Positions 20,091 to 30,025 are shown, counted from the stretch's first letter. The stretch is DNA of 64,000 nucleotides from Solirubrobacterales bacterium (GCA_051306435.1 JBPPNF010000052.1:4906-68905); one strand, 5' to 3'. The notes: generated by a model not told the origin, from the sequence alone. A program made the numbers and translations.

Positions 20091-20567
20091 ATGAGCACCT
20101 TTGAACAGGAAGTCGCGAGGAATCACGCGCGCGCGATGGAGATCGGTCGGCGGATGGCTGGGCCCGACGCGGTGGTCTCCCCGGCGATGATCACAACGCG
20201 CGGCGGACTGCTGCGCAAGCGCAAAAAGAACGGTACGGTCATCGCCGCACTCGCCTCTGGCGTACTCCGCCTACAGCCGGTTGAACCAGTCGAACTTGAC
20301 CTGGCAGGCGAGCTGATCGAACTCACTCCGGCGAGAATCGAGAGCGCCATGAGCAAGCCCATTGACATGCCCGCCACAGACGGTGAGCCACTCTGCTCGG
20401 GGTTGGTCGTGAAGGTCAACACGGTCGATGGGGCCAGTTTCGAGCTGAGCTTTCTTGACGGCTCGGGCGATCTCTTCCGCGACCACACGCCGGAGGCGCG
20501 CGCCGAGATCATCTCCGCCTTCGACGCCTTCGTCGCCTGGGCACCAGCCGTTGGCGAGTCTGTCTGA
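20091..20567 (+). CDS. Hypothetical protein (paralog of 21115-21579)
   Basis: Shared ALA..L..QPV, DG..FEL, TP..RA....DA.V.W; -10-like TATGTT 6 nt before ATG. Confidence 0.7.
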   Translation: MSTFEQEVARNHARAMEIGRRMAGPDAVVSPAMITTRGGLLRKRKKNGTVIAALASGVLRLQPVEPVELDLAGELIELTPARIESAMSKPIDMPATDGEPLCSGLVVKVNTVDGASFELSFLDGSGDLFRDHTPEARAEIISAFDAFVAWAPAVGESV

Positions 20568-20579
20568 GAGAATTGCCCA

Positions 20580-21077
20580 ATGGACTCCACTGAACTTAAA
20601 TCACTTCAGCGTCCGCTCAAGCAGAGCTACCGAGATGACGCCGCGAGTGCGCTCATCACGCTTGAAGCGAGCGGAAAAATCGATGACCAGAACCTGACGT
20701 GCTCGGTCGCAACCGGCAAGGCGATTGTTGAGGCCGGCCTGCACCCCGCGTCCGGCGGCTCGGGAACCTTTGCGTGCTCGGGCGACATGTTGTTGCAGGC
20801 GCTGGTCGCATGTGCCGGCGTGACGCTGCAGGCGGTTGCGACCAATCGCGGACTTGAGCTCGCTGGAGGTTCGGTCCGAGCAGAAGGCGACCTCGATTTT
20901 CGTGGGACCATGGGCGTCGATCCCGATGCGCCGGTGGGCTTTCGTGACATCCGGTTGAGCTTCGAGCTGGAGGGTGATCTCTCCGACGAGGAGATGTCAA
21001 CGCTGATCGCAACGACAGAGCGCTACTGCGTCGTGTTGCAGACATTGCTCTCACCACCGAAGATCGCGGTCGCTTGA
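20580..21077 (+). CDS. OsmC family protein
   Basis: CSGDMLLQALVACAG, EGDLDFRG, TERYCVV. Confidence 0.92.
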   Translation: MDSTELKSLQRPLKQSYRDDAASALITLEASGKIDDQNLTCSVATGKAIVEAGLHPASGGSGTFACSGDMLLQALVACAGVTLQAVATNRGLELAGGSVRAEGDLDFRGTMGVDPDAPVGFRDIRLSFELEGDLSDEEMSTLIATTERYCVVLQTLLSPPKIAVA

Positions 21078-21114
21078 ACGAGCGCAATTGGAGGGAGCCC
21101 CCTATACGATGTGA

Positions 21115-21579
21115 GTGATGGCCAGCAGTTGGAGAATCTCTGAGCGTCAGCGCCAACTCGAGGACATTGCGCTCGACGTCGCAGGCCTCGCCCCGGAGGC
21201 GACCTCGGTCGCCACGATCGCTGCAAAGCACGGACTGTTCGGCAGGAAGTCGGATGAGGAATTCGTGATGCTCGCGCTCGCCCCGCCGTTTCTGCACATT
21301 CAGCCGGTCGACGAGAAGACTCTCGCCATCACCGCTCCCCCGCTCACGCTCACAAAGGACGATCTGAGCCACGTCGCTGTGCACCCTCACATCGCGGAGA
21401 TCCGCGGCCGAGAAGAGCGAATCACCGTCGAAGTCGAGTTGCGGTTTCGGGACGGCAGACGCTTCGAACTGCTCGTCCCGAGCGGGGCGATCTATGGCGA
21501 CGAAGCGACGCCGTCGATACGCGCCAGGACGACAGCGATCTGCGACGCCATCGTCGACTGGTTGAAGTCTGCCGGCTAG
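21115..21579 (+). CDS. Hypothetical protein (paralog of 20091-20567)
   Basis: Motif similarity to the upstream paralog. Confidence 0.7.
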   Translation: MMASSWRISERQRQLEDIALDVAGLAPEATSVATIAAKHGLFGRKSDEEFVMLALAPPFLHIQPVDEKTLAITAPPLTLTKDDLSHVAVHPHIAEIRGREERITVEVELRFRDGRRFELLVPSGAIYGDEATPSIRARTTAICDAIVDWLKSAG

Positions 21580-21742
21580 AGGTCATGGCCAAAACCTCGG
21601 GAGGGTTCTGCTGAGTCTGAAACCAAGCAGGTCGTGGCGGGCGACCGCAGCAATAGCGGCGCTATTGCGAGGATCGCACTCCGCGAGATGCGCAGCGTTT
21701 CAGGCCAGCAGAATGCCGCGGGGTTTTGGCCATGACCTCTAG
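21576..21742. mobile_element. MITE-like element copy 2
   Basis: Same length as copy 1, two substitutions, CTAG at both ends. Confidence 0.85.
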
Positions 21743-23154
21743 CGCTTGTCGCGAATGATCACGCTGGCCCCGCGCTTGGGGATCATCGTGACGTTTCTGT
21801 GCTGCACATGCTCGGCCTCCGGGCGGTCCGGCTCGATCTCCAGGCGCGCCGCCATGCGCTCAAGCACCACGCGCATCTCGGCCATCGCGAGCGATGCGCC
21901 AAGACAACGACGCGTGCCGCCGCCGAAGGGAATCCACTCGTAGGTACCCGGCTTGTGGCCGACCCAGCGCTGGGGTTTGAACTCCCAGGGCTCGGGGTAG
22001 AGGTCTTCGCGGTGGTGCACCAGAAGGATGCTGATGGTGATCGGGGTGCCGGCCTCGACGCCGTACTCGCCGAGCTGCCACGGTGCCATCACGCGGCGTC
22101 CGACCATCGGGATCACCGGACGCGAGCGCATCGTCTCCTGGATCACGTATTCGATCTGGTCGGCCTTGTCGGCGCGATCGGTGCGGACGGCGTCGTAGAG
22201 CTCGTTGTAGGCGTCGGGGGAGCGCACGAGGCGCTCCCACGCCCAGGCCAGTGAGTTGGCGGTGGTCTCGTGGCCGGCGAGCAGCAAGGTGATCAGCTCG
22301 TCGCGCAGCTCGCGGTCGGTCATCGCCTCGCCGTCCTCGTCGCGGGCGCGCATCAGCATCGACATGATGTCCTTGCGCTCCTCGAGGTTCGGGTCCTTGC
22401 GGCGCTCGGCGATCACTTCGTAGACCGGTTTGTCGAGCTGGGCGAGGGCGTACTTCTGGATGCCGACCGCATCTTCACGGCCGACGTTGACGTACTCACT
22501 CACCTTCGCGATCGGCGTGGTTGAAAGCTCAGCCAGCTTGCGCGTGACTGCCGCGAGGCGGTACTCGGAGGTGCCCTTCTCCGGGCGGCCCACAACGCCG
22601 AAGATTCCCGACATGATCACGTCGAGCGTGACGTCCTGCATCTTCGGGGCGATCTCCATGACCTCGCCGACGGGCCAGTGGTCAATTGACTTGTCGATCG
22701 CATCCTCGATCATCGAGATGTACTGCGCGATCGAGTCGCCGTGAAAGGAAGGGAGCAGCAACTTGCGCTGCCGCAGGTGACGCGCGCCGCGCGCAGTGAG
22801 CACAGAGTCCTTGCCGACGATCGGTCGCAGCGGCGACTCGGTGGTGAGCGTCGGGGCGACGTCCGGCGATGCGGTGAAGAGCGATCTGGCGTGATCGGGG
22901 TGACCAGTGGTCACGGGGTGCCCGGGGATGATTCCGTGGAAGCGGAAGACCTCGCCGAAATCCTTTCGGCCCTTGAGCACGAACTCGGCCTGACGTTGGC
23001 CGAAGCGCAGAACCTGGTTCCAGCGCGGGAGATCGAACTCGGGCACGCGCTTGAGCGTGGCGAGTTCTGCTTCAGTGATCTGACCCGCTGGCGAAGCCGG
23101 GTAGGAGCCGATCAGCGGCTGCTCTGTCCTCGTGATTGTTTCTGGGGGAACCAT
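21739..23154 (-). CDS. Cytochrome P450
   Basis: AGHETT, ETMR (ExxR), PFGGGTRRCLG heme motif. Confidence 0.97.
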   Translation of the reverse strand: MVPPETITRTEQPLIGSYPASPAGQITEAELATLKRVPEFDLPRWNQVLRFGQRQAEFVLKGRKDFGEVFRFHGIIPGHPVTTGHPDHARSLFTASPDVAPTLTTESPLRPIVGKDSVLTARGARHLRQRKLLLPSFHGDSIAQYISMIEDAIDKSIDHWPVGEVMEIAPKMQDVTLDVIMSGIFGVVGRPEKGTSEYRLAAVTRKLAELSTTPIAKVSEYVNVGREDAVGIQKYALAQLDKPVYEVIAERRKDPNLEERKDIMSMLMRARDEDGEAMTDRELRDELITLLLAGHETTANSLAWAWERLVRSPDAYNELYDAVRTDRADKADQIEYVIQETMRSRPVIPMVGRRVMAPWQLGEYGVEAGTPITISILLVHHREDLYPEPWEFKPQRWVGHKPGTYEWIPFGGGTRRCLGASLAMAEMRVVLERMAARLEIEPDRPEAEHVQHRNVTMIPKRGASVIIRDKR

Positions 23155-23263
23155 GACGTCAAACAGTGTAACGGTTTGTCAGAGCGCCGCGTTCGCTATC
23201 TGCACGCCCGCCCAGACGCCCACCGCACTGCCCGCGATGACCGTGATCAGCCAGCCCCATGCG

Positions 23264-23983
23264 TTACCCATCGTTGCCTCCTGTCCGCTCGCCGGTCACC
23301 GGGTCGATGAAGTCGTTGGTCGGCTCGACCTTGCGCTCCGCAGCCTGCTCGGTCGTCGGCGGCTTGTTCATCGCGTTCGGGTCTGACTGCCCGTACATCG
23401 GGTCGCCGGGCATGCTGCGGACGAACTCGACGTTTGCTCGCACGACCGGGGTGTCGAAGACTGGTTTGGCCTCTTCGGGGTTGGCGCTGTCTTTGAAGTA
23501 GCTGCGCAAAGCCATCAGGCCGGGGATCAGTCCGCCGAGCGCCATCAGCCAGAAGACGACGCCGCTGATGATCCAGCCGGTTCCGCCGCCGGTGAGGCTT
23601 GGCGGCGGGTCGAGACCGAGATCGATGAAGTTGTAACCGAGCGCGCCGAAGAGCGCTGCCCAGAGCAGCAGCCCTACGCCCGAGAGCCTCACGCCGCCGT
23701 ACCAACCCGACGCGCCGACGAGAACTCCGGCGAAGATCAGACCGACGACAATCCCGCCCATCAGCAACGTGGTCTGCCCGGTTGAGCAGACCTGACCAGG
23801 ATTGATCTGGTACGGACCGCCAGAGGCGCAGGCACCGCCGCTGTTGATCATCAGATCGCGCATAGCCATGTAGACGGCAGTGAGGCACGCGGCGAAACCT
23901 ACGGCACCGACGAAGACGGCGGCGAGCGCCAACGGGCCACCGGCACCGCGCCCGCCGCCGCTTTCGTTCGAAGCGTCAGCCAT
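23264..23983 (-). CDS. Hypothetical membrane protein (about 4 TM, CASGGPY...C loop)
   Basis: Hydrophobic segments; start overlaps the upstream stop. Confidence 0.75.
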   Translation of the reverse strand: MADASNESGGGRGAGGPLALAAVFVGAVGFAACLTAVYMAMRDLMINSGGACASGGPYQINPGQVCSTGQTTLLMGGIVVGLIFAGVLVGASGWYGGVRLSGVGLLLWAALFGALGYNFIDLGLDPPPSLTGGGTGWIISGVVFWLMALGGLIPGLMALRSYFKDSANPEEAKPVFDTPVVRANVEFVRSMPGDPMYGQSDPNAMNKPPTTEQAAERKVEPTNDFIDPVTGERTGGNDG

Positions 23984-24390
23984 TACAGCCCGAGCGATGA
24001 AGCCCAGTCAATCCAGACGATGTTCGGATCCGCCTGGTCGACCTTGAGCTTGATCTGCTGGCCGGGCGCGGCCTTTGACAGGTAGGGCGTCTCGACGACC
24101 TGCGTGACCGACACCGGGTACGGCACGCCGCCCTCGGGGAAGACGGTCATGTCGATCTGCATCGTCGGCTGGAAGTTGACCATCGCGCCGGTCTGCATCG
24201 CGGCGGTGATCGAACCGGTCGCGTCTTTGCCGGACATCGAGAGATTGGCCGCCTGGGTCTGCGCGGCCATCATCGCGTTGGCCTCCTTCATCCTCTCCAT
24301 GCCGTCTGCCATCTGCTGCCCGGGATCCCAGTCCTTCTGGATCTCCTTGGACTGCTTCTGCAGGTCATTCATGCTTTTGAAGAAACCCAT
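23983..24390 (-). CDS. Hypothetical protein: amphipathic N-helix plus OB-fold-like C-terminus
   Basis: MGFFKSM...; TGAMVNFQP...VDQADPNIVWIDW. Confidence 0.75.
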   Translation of the reverse strand: MGFFKSMNDLQKQSKEIQKDWDPGQQMADGMERMKEANAMMAAQTQAANLSMSGKDATGSITAAMQTGAMVNFQPTMQIDMTVFPEGGVPYPVSVTQVVETPYLSKAAPGQQIKLKVDQADPNIVWIDWASSLGL

Positions 24391-24393
24391 ACG

Positions 24394-24813
24394 TCAGCCC
24401 GCCTGGTAGAGCGCGTTGAACTTCTGGCCGACGGCGGTGCCGCCCTGCATGCGCTGACCCCAACCGGCCATCGCTGCGTCCCAGTCCGCTGCGTCGATGC
24501 CTGCGGCGGCTGCGGCTGCGTGAGCCTGGGCCGGGTCTGCTGCGCCGGCGCCGAGGCCCTTACAGATTGAGGCGTACTGCTCGAGCGTGACGCCGTTGAT
24601 CGGCGAGAAGTCTGCGCCGTCCGCGGTCGCGCCGCCTGCAGCGGCTGCGGCGTTGGCGGCTGCCATCGCCTGCTGCTGCTGTTGCATCGCGGCTGCCTGC
24701 TGGGCTGCGCCCATCTCCTGCGCCTGCGCACCGAGCTGCTGTGCCTGGTTGATCATGTCGGGCGCCTGCTCGACCATGTTTTTCATGTCTTTCATCTGCT
24801 TGAACATGCCCAT
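24394..24813 (-). CDS. Hypothetical Gln/Ala/Met-rich protein
   Basis: MGMFKQM...; PINGVTLEQYA...W...GWGQRM; start ATG 24813. Confidence 0.75.
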   Translation of the reverse strand: MGMFKQMKDMKNMVEQAPDMINQAQQLGAQAQEMGAAQQAAAMQQQQQAMAAANAAAAAGGATADGADFSPINGVTLEQYASICKGLGAGAADPAQAHAAAAAAGIDAADWDAAMAGWGQRMQGGTAVGQKFNALYQAG

Positions 24814-25155
24814 GAGTGGATTCCTTTGGGTCAGTGGGTAAGTGGGTTCAGAGCATTCAATGTACAGGAAGTTGGTACGGCGGATTGGACAGAATTCGCA
24901 GAGGGTTGGCAAATAGAGGACGCCGCGCGGAGCAACGACTGAAACGACTGATCGTTGCTCCAAGCCGGGCATGTGGCCCCTGCGGAAGCCCGCTATGCAC
25001 TCGCTAGCTTCGCATAATCAGTATCCGCTCCAGTGGGGAAAGATCAGCTTGTCCGATTCACCGCGGGAAGATCATGGTGTCTGTGGCCGTGGGGTTCACG
25101 CCCACCTCCGATGAAGATTGTTTGACACGGGTGACCTACCCGCAGTCAACCGCTC

Positions 25156-26091
25156 CTACCCGTTCGGTGTGCCACTGCGCTCGCCGCGCGGATCGGGCAG
25201 CGGCGTGAGCACTCCGGCGAGGCGCTCGCGCAGGTGCTCGAAAGCCGGCGGAAGTGAGAGGTTCAGGCCCAGCTCTTCGAGCGGCTCGTCGGCCGTGAAC
25301 CCCGGCCCCATGGTCGCCAGCTCGAACAACACTCCCGAGGGCTCGCGGAAGTAGATCGACCTGAAGTAGAAGCGGTCGATCACCGGAGTCGCGTGGGTTC
25401 GGGCTGCGGCCATGTGCTTCTGCCAGCGGTCCTGATCCTCGATGTAGGTCGCGAAGGCGACGTGGTGGACGCAGCCTGCGCCCTGGATTCCCGCGCTGTC
25501 CGGCGCCTGGTCATGGACGTAGTAGGAGGAGCGCAGCTCGCCGCCGACGGTCCATTCGCCGGGCTCGCCCTGCTTGAAGCCCATCACCTCATCGAGCAAC
25601 GCGGCGCTGCGCTGCGGGTCATCGGCGTAGGCGCGCACGCCGTCGAATCCGAGCAGCGCATGCTCTGCCGGGATGTCGGGCGCGATCGCGCTGAGCGGCG
25701 GCTGGTCGCCGGTGTAGACGGTCAGCAGGTGGCGCAGGCCCTCGGGGTCACGGAACGTCAGACCGCCGTCCTCCCGGGCTGTCGTGAAGCCCTTTTTGGC
25801 GAGCCTCTGCTCCCAGAAGTCGAGCGTGGCGTCGCTGCCGACGCGCCAGCCGATCGTGTGCGCCATGCCGGCGCCGGCGCGGCCCCGGACCGCACCCGGG
25901 TACTCGAAGAAGGTCAGATCCATCCCCGGATCGCCGCGCTCGTCGCCGTAGAAGAGGTGGTAGACCGTCGGGTCATCCTGGTTGACGGTCTTCTTGACGA
26001 GCCGCAGACCGAGCGTGCCGACGTAGAACTCAACGTTCTTGCGCACATCGCCGGTGATGGCGGTGATGTGGTGGATCCCCTCGAGTTTCAT
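25156..26091 (-). CDS. VOC/glyoxalase family ring-cleaving dioxygenase (MhqO-like)
   Basis: GIHHITA, KTVNQDDP, HHVAF, DRFYFRSIYFREPSGVLFELAT. Confidence 0.93.
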   Translation of the reverse strand: MKLEGIHHITAITGDVRKNVEFYVGTLGLRLVKKTVNQDDPTVYHLFYGDERGDPGMDLTFFEYPGAVRGRAGAGMAHTIGWRVGSDATLDFWEQRLAKKGFTTAREDGGLTFRDPEGLRHLLTVYTGDQPPLSAIAPDIPAEHALLGFDGVRAYADDPQRSAALLDEVMGFKQGEPGEWTVGGELRSSYYVHDQAPDSAGIQGAGCVHHVAFATYIEDQDRWQKHMAAARTHATPVIDRFYFRSIYFREPSGVLFELATMGPGFTADEPLEELGLNLSLPPAFEHLRERLAGVLTPLPDPRGERSGTPNG

Positions 26092-26127
26092 GGGGCCAAG
26101 ATACGCGAAGCCTCGTAGGATCGCGTC

Positions 26128-27189
26128 ATGCCTGCATATGACGCCTTCAAAGATCTGCCGCTGAAGATTGAGTCCTCGGAGTTCGTCCGCCATGAGTTGG
26201 CGGTGTCAAGCGGTTTTGATCGCGTGACCACCGAGATCGTCATGCACGGCCTGGGCGAGACCGGTCGCGGTGAGGACGTCACCTACGACACGCTCGATCA
26301 CGACGTTCTGCAGAAGGACGCTGTCGTCGATCTGACTTTCGAGGGGACCTTCGATGAGTTCTCGCAGCAGCTGAAGACTTTGCCGCTCTGGGCCGCTCCG
26401 CCGGTGCGCGACGTGTCTGAGAACTACCGGACGTGGGGATTCGAGAGCGCCGCGCTGGATCTGGCGCTGCGCCAGAACGGGACCGACTTTGCTGCTGCGC
26501 TGGGCATCGAGCCGTCGCCGGTGCGGTTCATCCTGTCTCTGCGGCTGGGCGAGCCGCCGGAGATCTCGCGCGTGGAGAACTGGCTCGCGGTGGCGCCCTG
26601 GCTGGAGTTCAAGCTTGACGCCGAGAACTCGTGGCCCAGGGAGTTGTTCGAGCAGCTCGGCACGACCGGGCTGGTGCGGCAGGTCGACCTGAAGGGCTAC
26701 TACACCGACAGCCCGGTCGACAATCCGCCGACCGAGCGCATGTACCGCGACACGATCGAGTGTTTTCCGGACGCCTGGATCGAGGACGCGGCATTCACCG
26801 ATGACACGCGACCGCTGCTTGAAGCACCGGGCGTCGTTGAGCGCCTGACCTGGGATGCGCAGATGCACGGCCTGGCCGACATCGAGGCGCTCGAGTTTCC
26901 GCCGCGCGGGATGAACATCAAGCCGTCGCGCTTTGGCCCTTTGAGCGAGCTGTTGGCCGTGATCGAGTACTGCAGCGCGCGCGACATCGAGATGTACTCG
27001 GGCGGTCAGTTCGAGTTGTCGGTCGGCCGCGCGCACCTGCATGCGATCGCGAGCGTGTTCTTTCCGGACACGCCCAACGACGCGTCGCCGATCGATTACC
27101 ACGGGAACGACCCGGTCGAAGGCGCGCCCTCCTCGCCGCTGCCGGTCCCTCCGTCGGAGGAGCGCCGGGGGTTCAGTTGGCCACTGTGA
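26128..27189 (+). CDS. Enolase-superfamily protein (mandelate racemase/OSBS-like)
   Basis: ESAALDLAL, FKLD, WIED, NIKPSRFG. Confidence 0.75.
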   Translation: MPAYDAFKDLPLKIESSEFVRHELAVSSGFDRVTTEIVMHGLGETGRGEDVTYDTLDHDVLQKDAVVDLTFEGTFDEFSQQLKTLPLWAAPPVRDVSENYRTWGFESAALDLALRQNGTDFAAALGIEPSPVRFILSLRLGEPPEISRVENWLAVAPWLEFKLDAENSWPRELFEQLGTTGLVRQVDLKGYYTDSPVDNPPTERMYRDTIECFPDAWIEDAAFTDDTRPLLEAPGVVERLTWDAQMHGLADIEALEFPPRGMNIKPSRFGPLSELLAVIEYCSARDIEMYSGGQFELSVGRAHLHAIASVFFPDTPNDASPIDYHGNDPVEGAPSSPLPVPPSEERRGFSWPL

Positions 27190-27234
27190 GCGATCGCACC
27201 TTGAACTTCTGACGCGACGCTGTAGATTGAGCCG

Positions 27235-28089
27235 ATGGCACCCGGCTACGCAACCTTTCAGGGACACCGTCTCGCATACGAGACCTACGGCCGCGGCAGG
27301 CGCGCGGTGGTGCTGATCCACGGATTGATGATGAGCGCCCGCATGCAGGAGCCGCTGGCTCTGGCGCTCGCCGAAGACGGCAACATGACGATCACGATCG
27401 ATCTCGCCGGCCACGGAAAGTCCGACGGCCACCGCGATCACCTCTACAACTGGGACATCCCGCGCTACGCCGCGGCGATCGACTCGGTGCTGGAGGATCT
27501 TGAGATTTCCGAGGCCGTTGTGATCGGCACGTCGCTCGGCGCGAACATCGCGCTGCAGCTGGCCAACGACAACCCGTCGCGTGTGCGCGGTCTCGTCGCA
27601 GAGATGCCGGCGCTGGAGAACGCGATGATCGGCGGTCCGCTCTTCTTCACGCCGTTCGCTGCTCTGGCTGAGTGGGCTGAACCGGTTGCGCAGGTGATTT
27701 CCGGCACCGCCCGCTTGATTCCGGAGCGCCCGATGCCGTTCGGCGCGAACATCCTGCTTGACCTGGTCAAGCGCGATCCGAAGTCGACGGTCGACATCTT
27801 GAAGGGACTCTTCTACGGGCCGATCGCGCCGTCGCAGGATCAGCGCGCCGCCCTGGACGTGCCGACGCTTGTGATCGGGCATCGCCACGACCCGATCCAC
27901 CCGTACAACGACGCCAAGGATCTCGCGGCGTTGATGCCCGACGCGCGCCTGATCGATGCGAACTCGATCGCAGAGCTGCGTCTGACCCCGGCACGGATCA
28001 CCGGCGAAGTGATCGACTTCGTCGACGAGTGCTGGTCGCCAAAGGTCGTCGGAAAAAACGGCACATCGCGCAAGAAGCGTCGGGCGTAG
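27235..28089 (+). CDS. Alpha/beta hydrolase
   Basis: LIHGL, DLAGHGKS, GTSLG nucleophile elbow. Confidence 0.9.
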   Translation: MAPGYATFQGHRLAYETYGRGRRAVVLIHGLMMSARMQEPLALALAEDGNMTITIDLAGHGKSDGHRDHLYNWDIPRYAAAIDSVLEDLEISEAVVIGTSLGANIALQLANDNPSRVRGLVAEMPALENAMIGGPLFFTPFAALAEWAEPVAQVISGTARLIPERPMPFGANILLDLVKRDPKSTVDILKGLFYGPIAPSQDQRAALDVPTLVIGHRHDPIHPYNDAKDLAALMPDARLIDANSIAELRLTPARITGEVIDFVDECWSPKVVGKNGTSRKKRRA

Positions 28090-28106
28090 CCTCTTCCCGG
28101 GTGTTT

Positions 28107-28255
28107 TCGCTCACCTCTGGTGAGCGAGTGGGATCGGTCTTCGCGAGCGGCTTGGTTGTGCGGTTTTCTTCGCTCACCAGAGGTGAGCGGTCGAATTCCG
28201 CTTGAACAAGCGGCCCTTTGGGTACTCATCAACTTCGCTCACCAGACGTGAGCGA
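28107..28255. repeat. REP/REPIN-like array type 2: three 21-bp palindromes, 63- and 65-bp spacing
   Basis: TCGCTCACC-nnn-GGTGAGCGA units at 28107, 28170 and 28235 (last two imperfect), between convergent genes. Confidence 0.8.
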
Positions 28256-28270
28256 AGGATCGCGGTGGGG

Positions 28271-28852
28271 TTATTTCCAGCCGCCGGTTTCTCCGCGGTA
28301 CAAGTTGTCGCCGCTGAAGAGGAGTTTCACGGTCTTCAGGAGGATCTGGATGTCAAGTTTCGTGCTGCGGTGGTCGACGTACCAGACGTCCAGATCGATG
28401 CGCTCGCTCCAGGGGAGCGCGGCTCGGCCGTTGACCTGGGCCCAGCCGGTGATGCCGGGCTTGACTTCCAGGCGCCGCAGCTGATGTTCGTTGTACTTGT
28501 CGACCTGGGCGCGGACGGTCGGGCGGGGGCCGATGATGCTCATCTCGCCCTTCAGCACATTGATCAGATTGGGCAGTTCGTCGATTGAGAACCTGCGCAG
28601 CAGCGCGCCGGACTTCAGGATGCGCGAGTCGTTCTCGTCGACCGCCAGGCCGGCCCCTTTTGACTCAGCGTTCTTGACCATCGTGCGCAGCTTCATCAGC
28701 ATGAAGTCCTGATTGTCCTTGCCGACGCGCTGCTGGCGGAAGAACGGTGAGCCCGGCGATTCGATGACGATCCAGATCATCGCGCCGAACAGGAGCGGAC
28801 TGGTGACGAGCAGCGCCAGGGCAGAGACGAGGATGTCGAAGGCGCGGCGCAT
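28271..28852 (-). CDS. Priming sugar (phosphoglycosyl) transferase
   Basis: RAFDI, KLRTM, IDELPNLINVLKGEMSIIGPRP, KPGITGWAQVNGR. Confidence 0.95.
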   Translation of the reverse strand: MRRAFDILVSALALLVTSPLLFGAMIWIVIESPGSPFFRQQRVGKDNQDFMLMKLRTMVKNAESKGAGLAVDENDSRILKSGALLRRFSIDELPNLINVLKGEMSIIGPRPTVRAQVDKYNEHQLRRLEVKPGITGWAQVNGRAALPWSERIDLDVWYVDHRSTKLDIQILLKTVKLLFSGDNLYRGETGGWK

Positions 28853-28864
28853 CTTGGGCGGGAA

Positions 28865-30004
28865 TTATCGCGTGCCCTCGGGGGGAGTCCAGCCCTCATC
28901 AAGAATCTGCTCGGTGCCCTTCTTCAGGTAGTCGACCAGCCCGAGCGCGACCGACGCGGTTGTCAGCACGTAGTAGCGCGCGATCAGGAACGGCTTGAAC
29001 TTGATGATCGGGGCGATCAGGGCCGCGGCGAGCAGTGCGAGCTGGAGGATCAGCAGCACCAGGAAGAACGCGGAGTCCGGCGCGAGGATCGCGCTGGTGA
29101 TCAGCGCGCCGAGGTGCAGGAATGGAGCCTTGTACCTCAGCACCCGGTGCGAGAAGATCATCCAGGTGTAGGCGGGTCCGTAGCCCTTCGGCTTCAGCAT
29201 CCCGCCACCGAGGATGATCGGCCAGGCAAAGCTCATCATGCGGCGCTTGCGTTTGAACTCGCCGCTGATGTTCGGGACCATCACCTCTGACGCCCGGGCC
29301 GCCGACGCGTAGATCGCGCGGCCGCCGAATTTGACGATGCGGAACGGGAGCGTGAGGTCATGGCCGGTGACGGGCGCGATCGCCTTGTATGCGGCCGGGC
29401 CGACCGCGTAGATCGCGCCGTTTCCTGCGGTCACTGACTTCAGCGCCGACTCCCGCGCGCGCAGCCACATCTCGTAGCGCCAGTAGACGCCCTCCTGGTT
29501 GTCGCCGATCTCGTTGACGAAGTTGACGCGGCCGCAGACATATTCGACCCCCGGCTCGGCGAAGGCGTCGACCAAGCGCATCAAGGCATCCGGCTCCCAC
29601 ATCGTGTTGGCGTCGCTGAAGGCGAGCAGCTCGCCGCTCGCCTGCTCGACCGCTGCGTTCTGTGCGGCCATCTTGCCGCCGTGCGGGAGATCAAGCACGA
29701 GGTCTGCTCCGGCGGCGCGCGCGATCACCGACGTGTCGTCGGGCGAGCCGTCGCAGGCGACGATGATCTGCAGACGCTCGCGCGGGTAGTCGAGGGCGAG
29801 TGCGTTCTTGACCTTGGACTCGATCACTGTGGCCTCGGCGTAGGCGGCGATGATCAGCGTGACCGGCGGATATGCGCCGCCTGCGAGCTCCGGTGCCTGC
29901 GCAGCCGGTCGCGCGAAGATCCCCAGCAGCAGCGGGTAGCCGAACTGCGCGTAGATGAGCAGTCCCGCAGACAGCCAGAAGATGATCTCGAGGGCGGTGC
30001 GCAT
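28865..30004 (-). CDS. Glycosyltransferase family 2
   Basis: IIAAYAE, DGSPD, FSDAN, GAIYA, C-terminal TMs. Confidence 0.92.
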   Translation of the reverse strand: MRTALEIIFWLSAGLLIYAQFGYPLLLGIFARPAAQAPELAGGAYPPVTLIIAAYAEATVIESKVKNALALDYPRERLQIIVACDGSPDDTSVIARAAGADLVLDLPHGGKMAAQNAAVEQASGELLAFSDANTMWEPDALMRLVDAFAEPGVEYVCGRVNFVNEIGDNQEGVYWRYEMWLRARESALKSVTAGNGAIYAVGPAAYKAIAPVTGHDLTLPFRIVKFGGRAIYASAARASEVMVPNISGEFKRKRRMMSFAWPIILGGGMLKPKGYGPAYTWMIFSHRVLRYKAPFLHLGALITSAILAPDSAFFLVLLILQLALLAAALIAPIIKFKPFLIARYYVLTTASVALGLVDYLKKGTEQILDEGWTPPEGTR

Positions 30005-30025
30005 GAGCGCGGGGATTATCGCGGG

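Noticed and set aside
25064-25140. tRNA-Sec or 6S RNA call for the GGAAGATC-starting segment
   Set aside because: No UCA anticodon arm or T-loop, and no clear 6S central bubble; kept only as an unnamed ncRNA candidate
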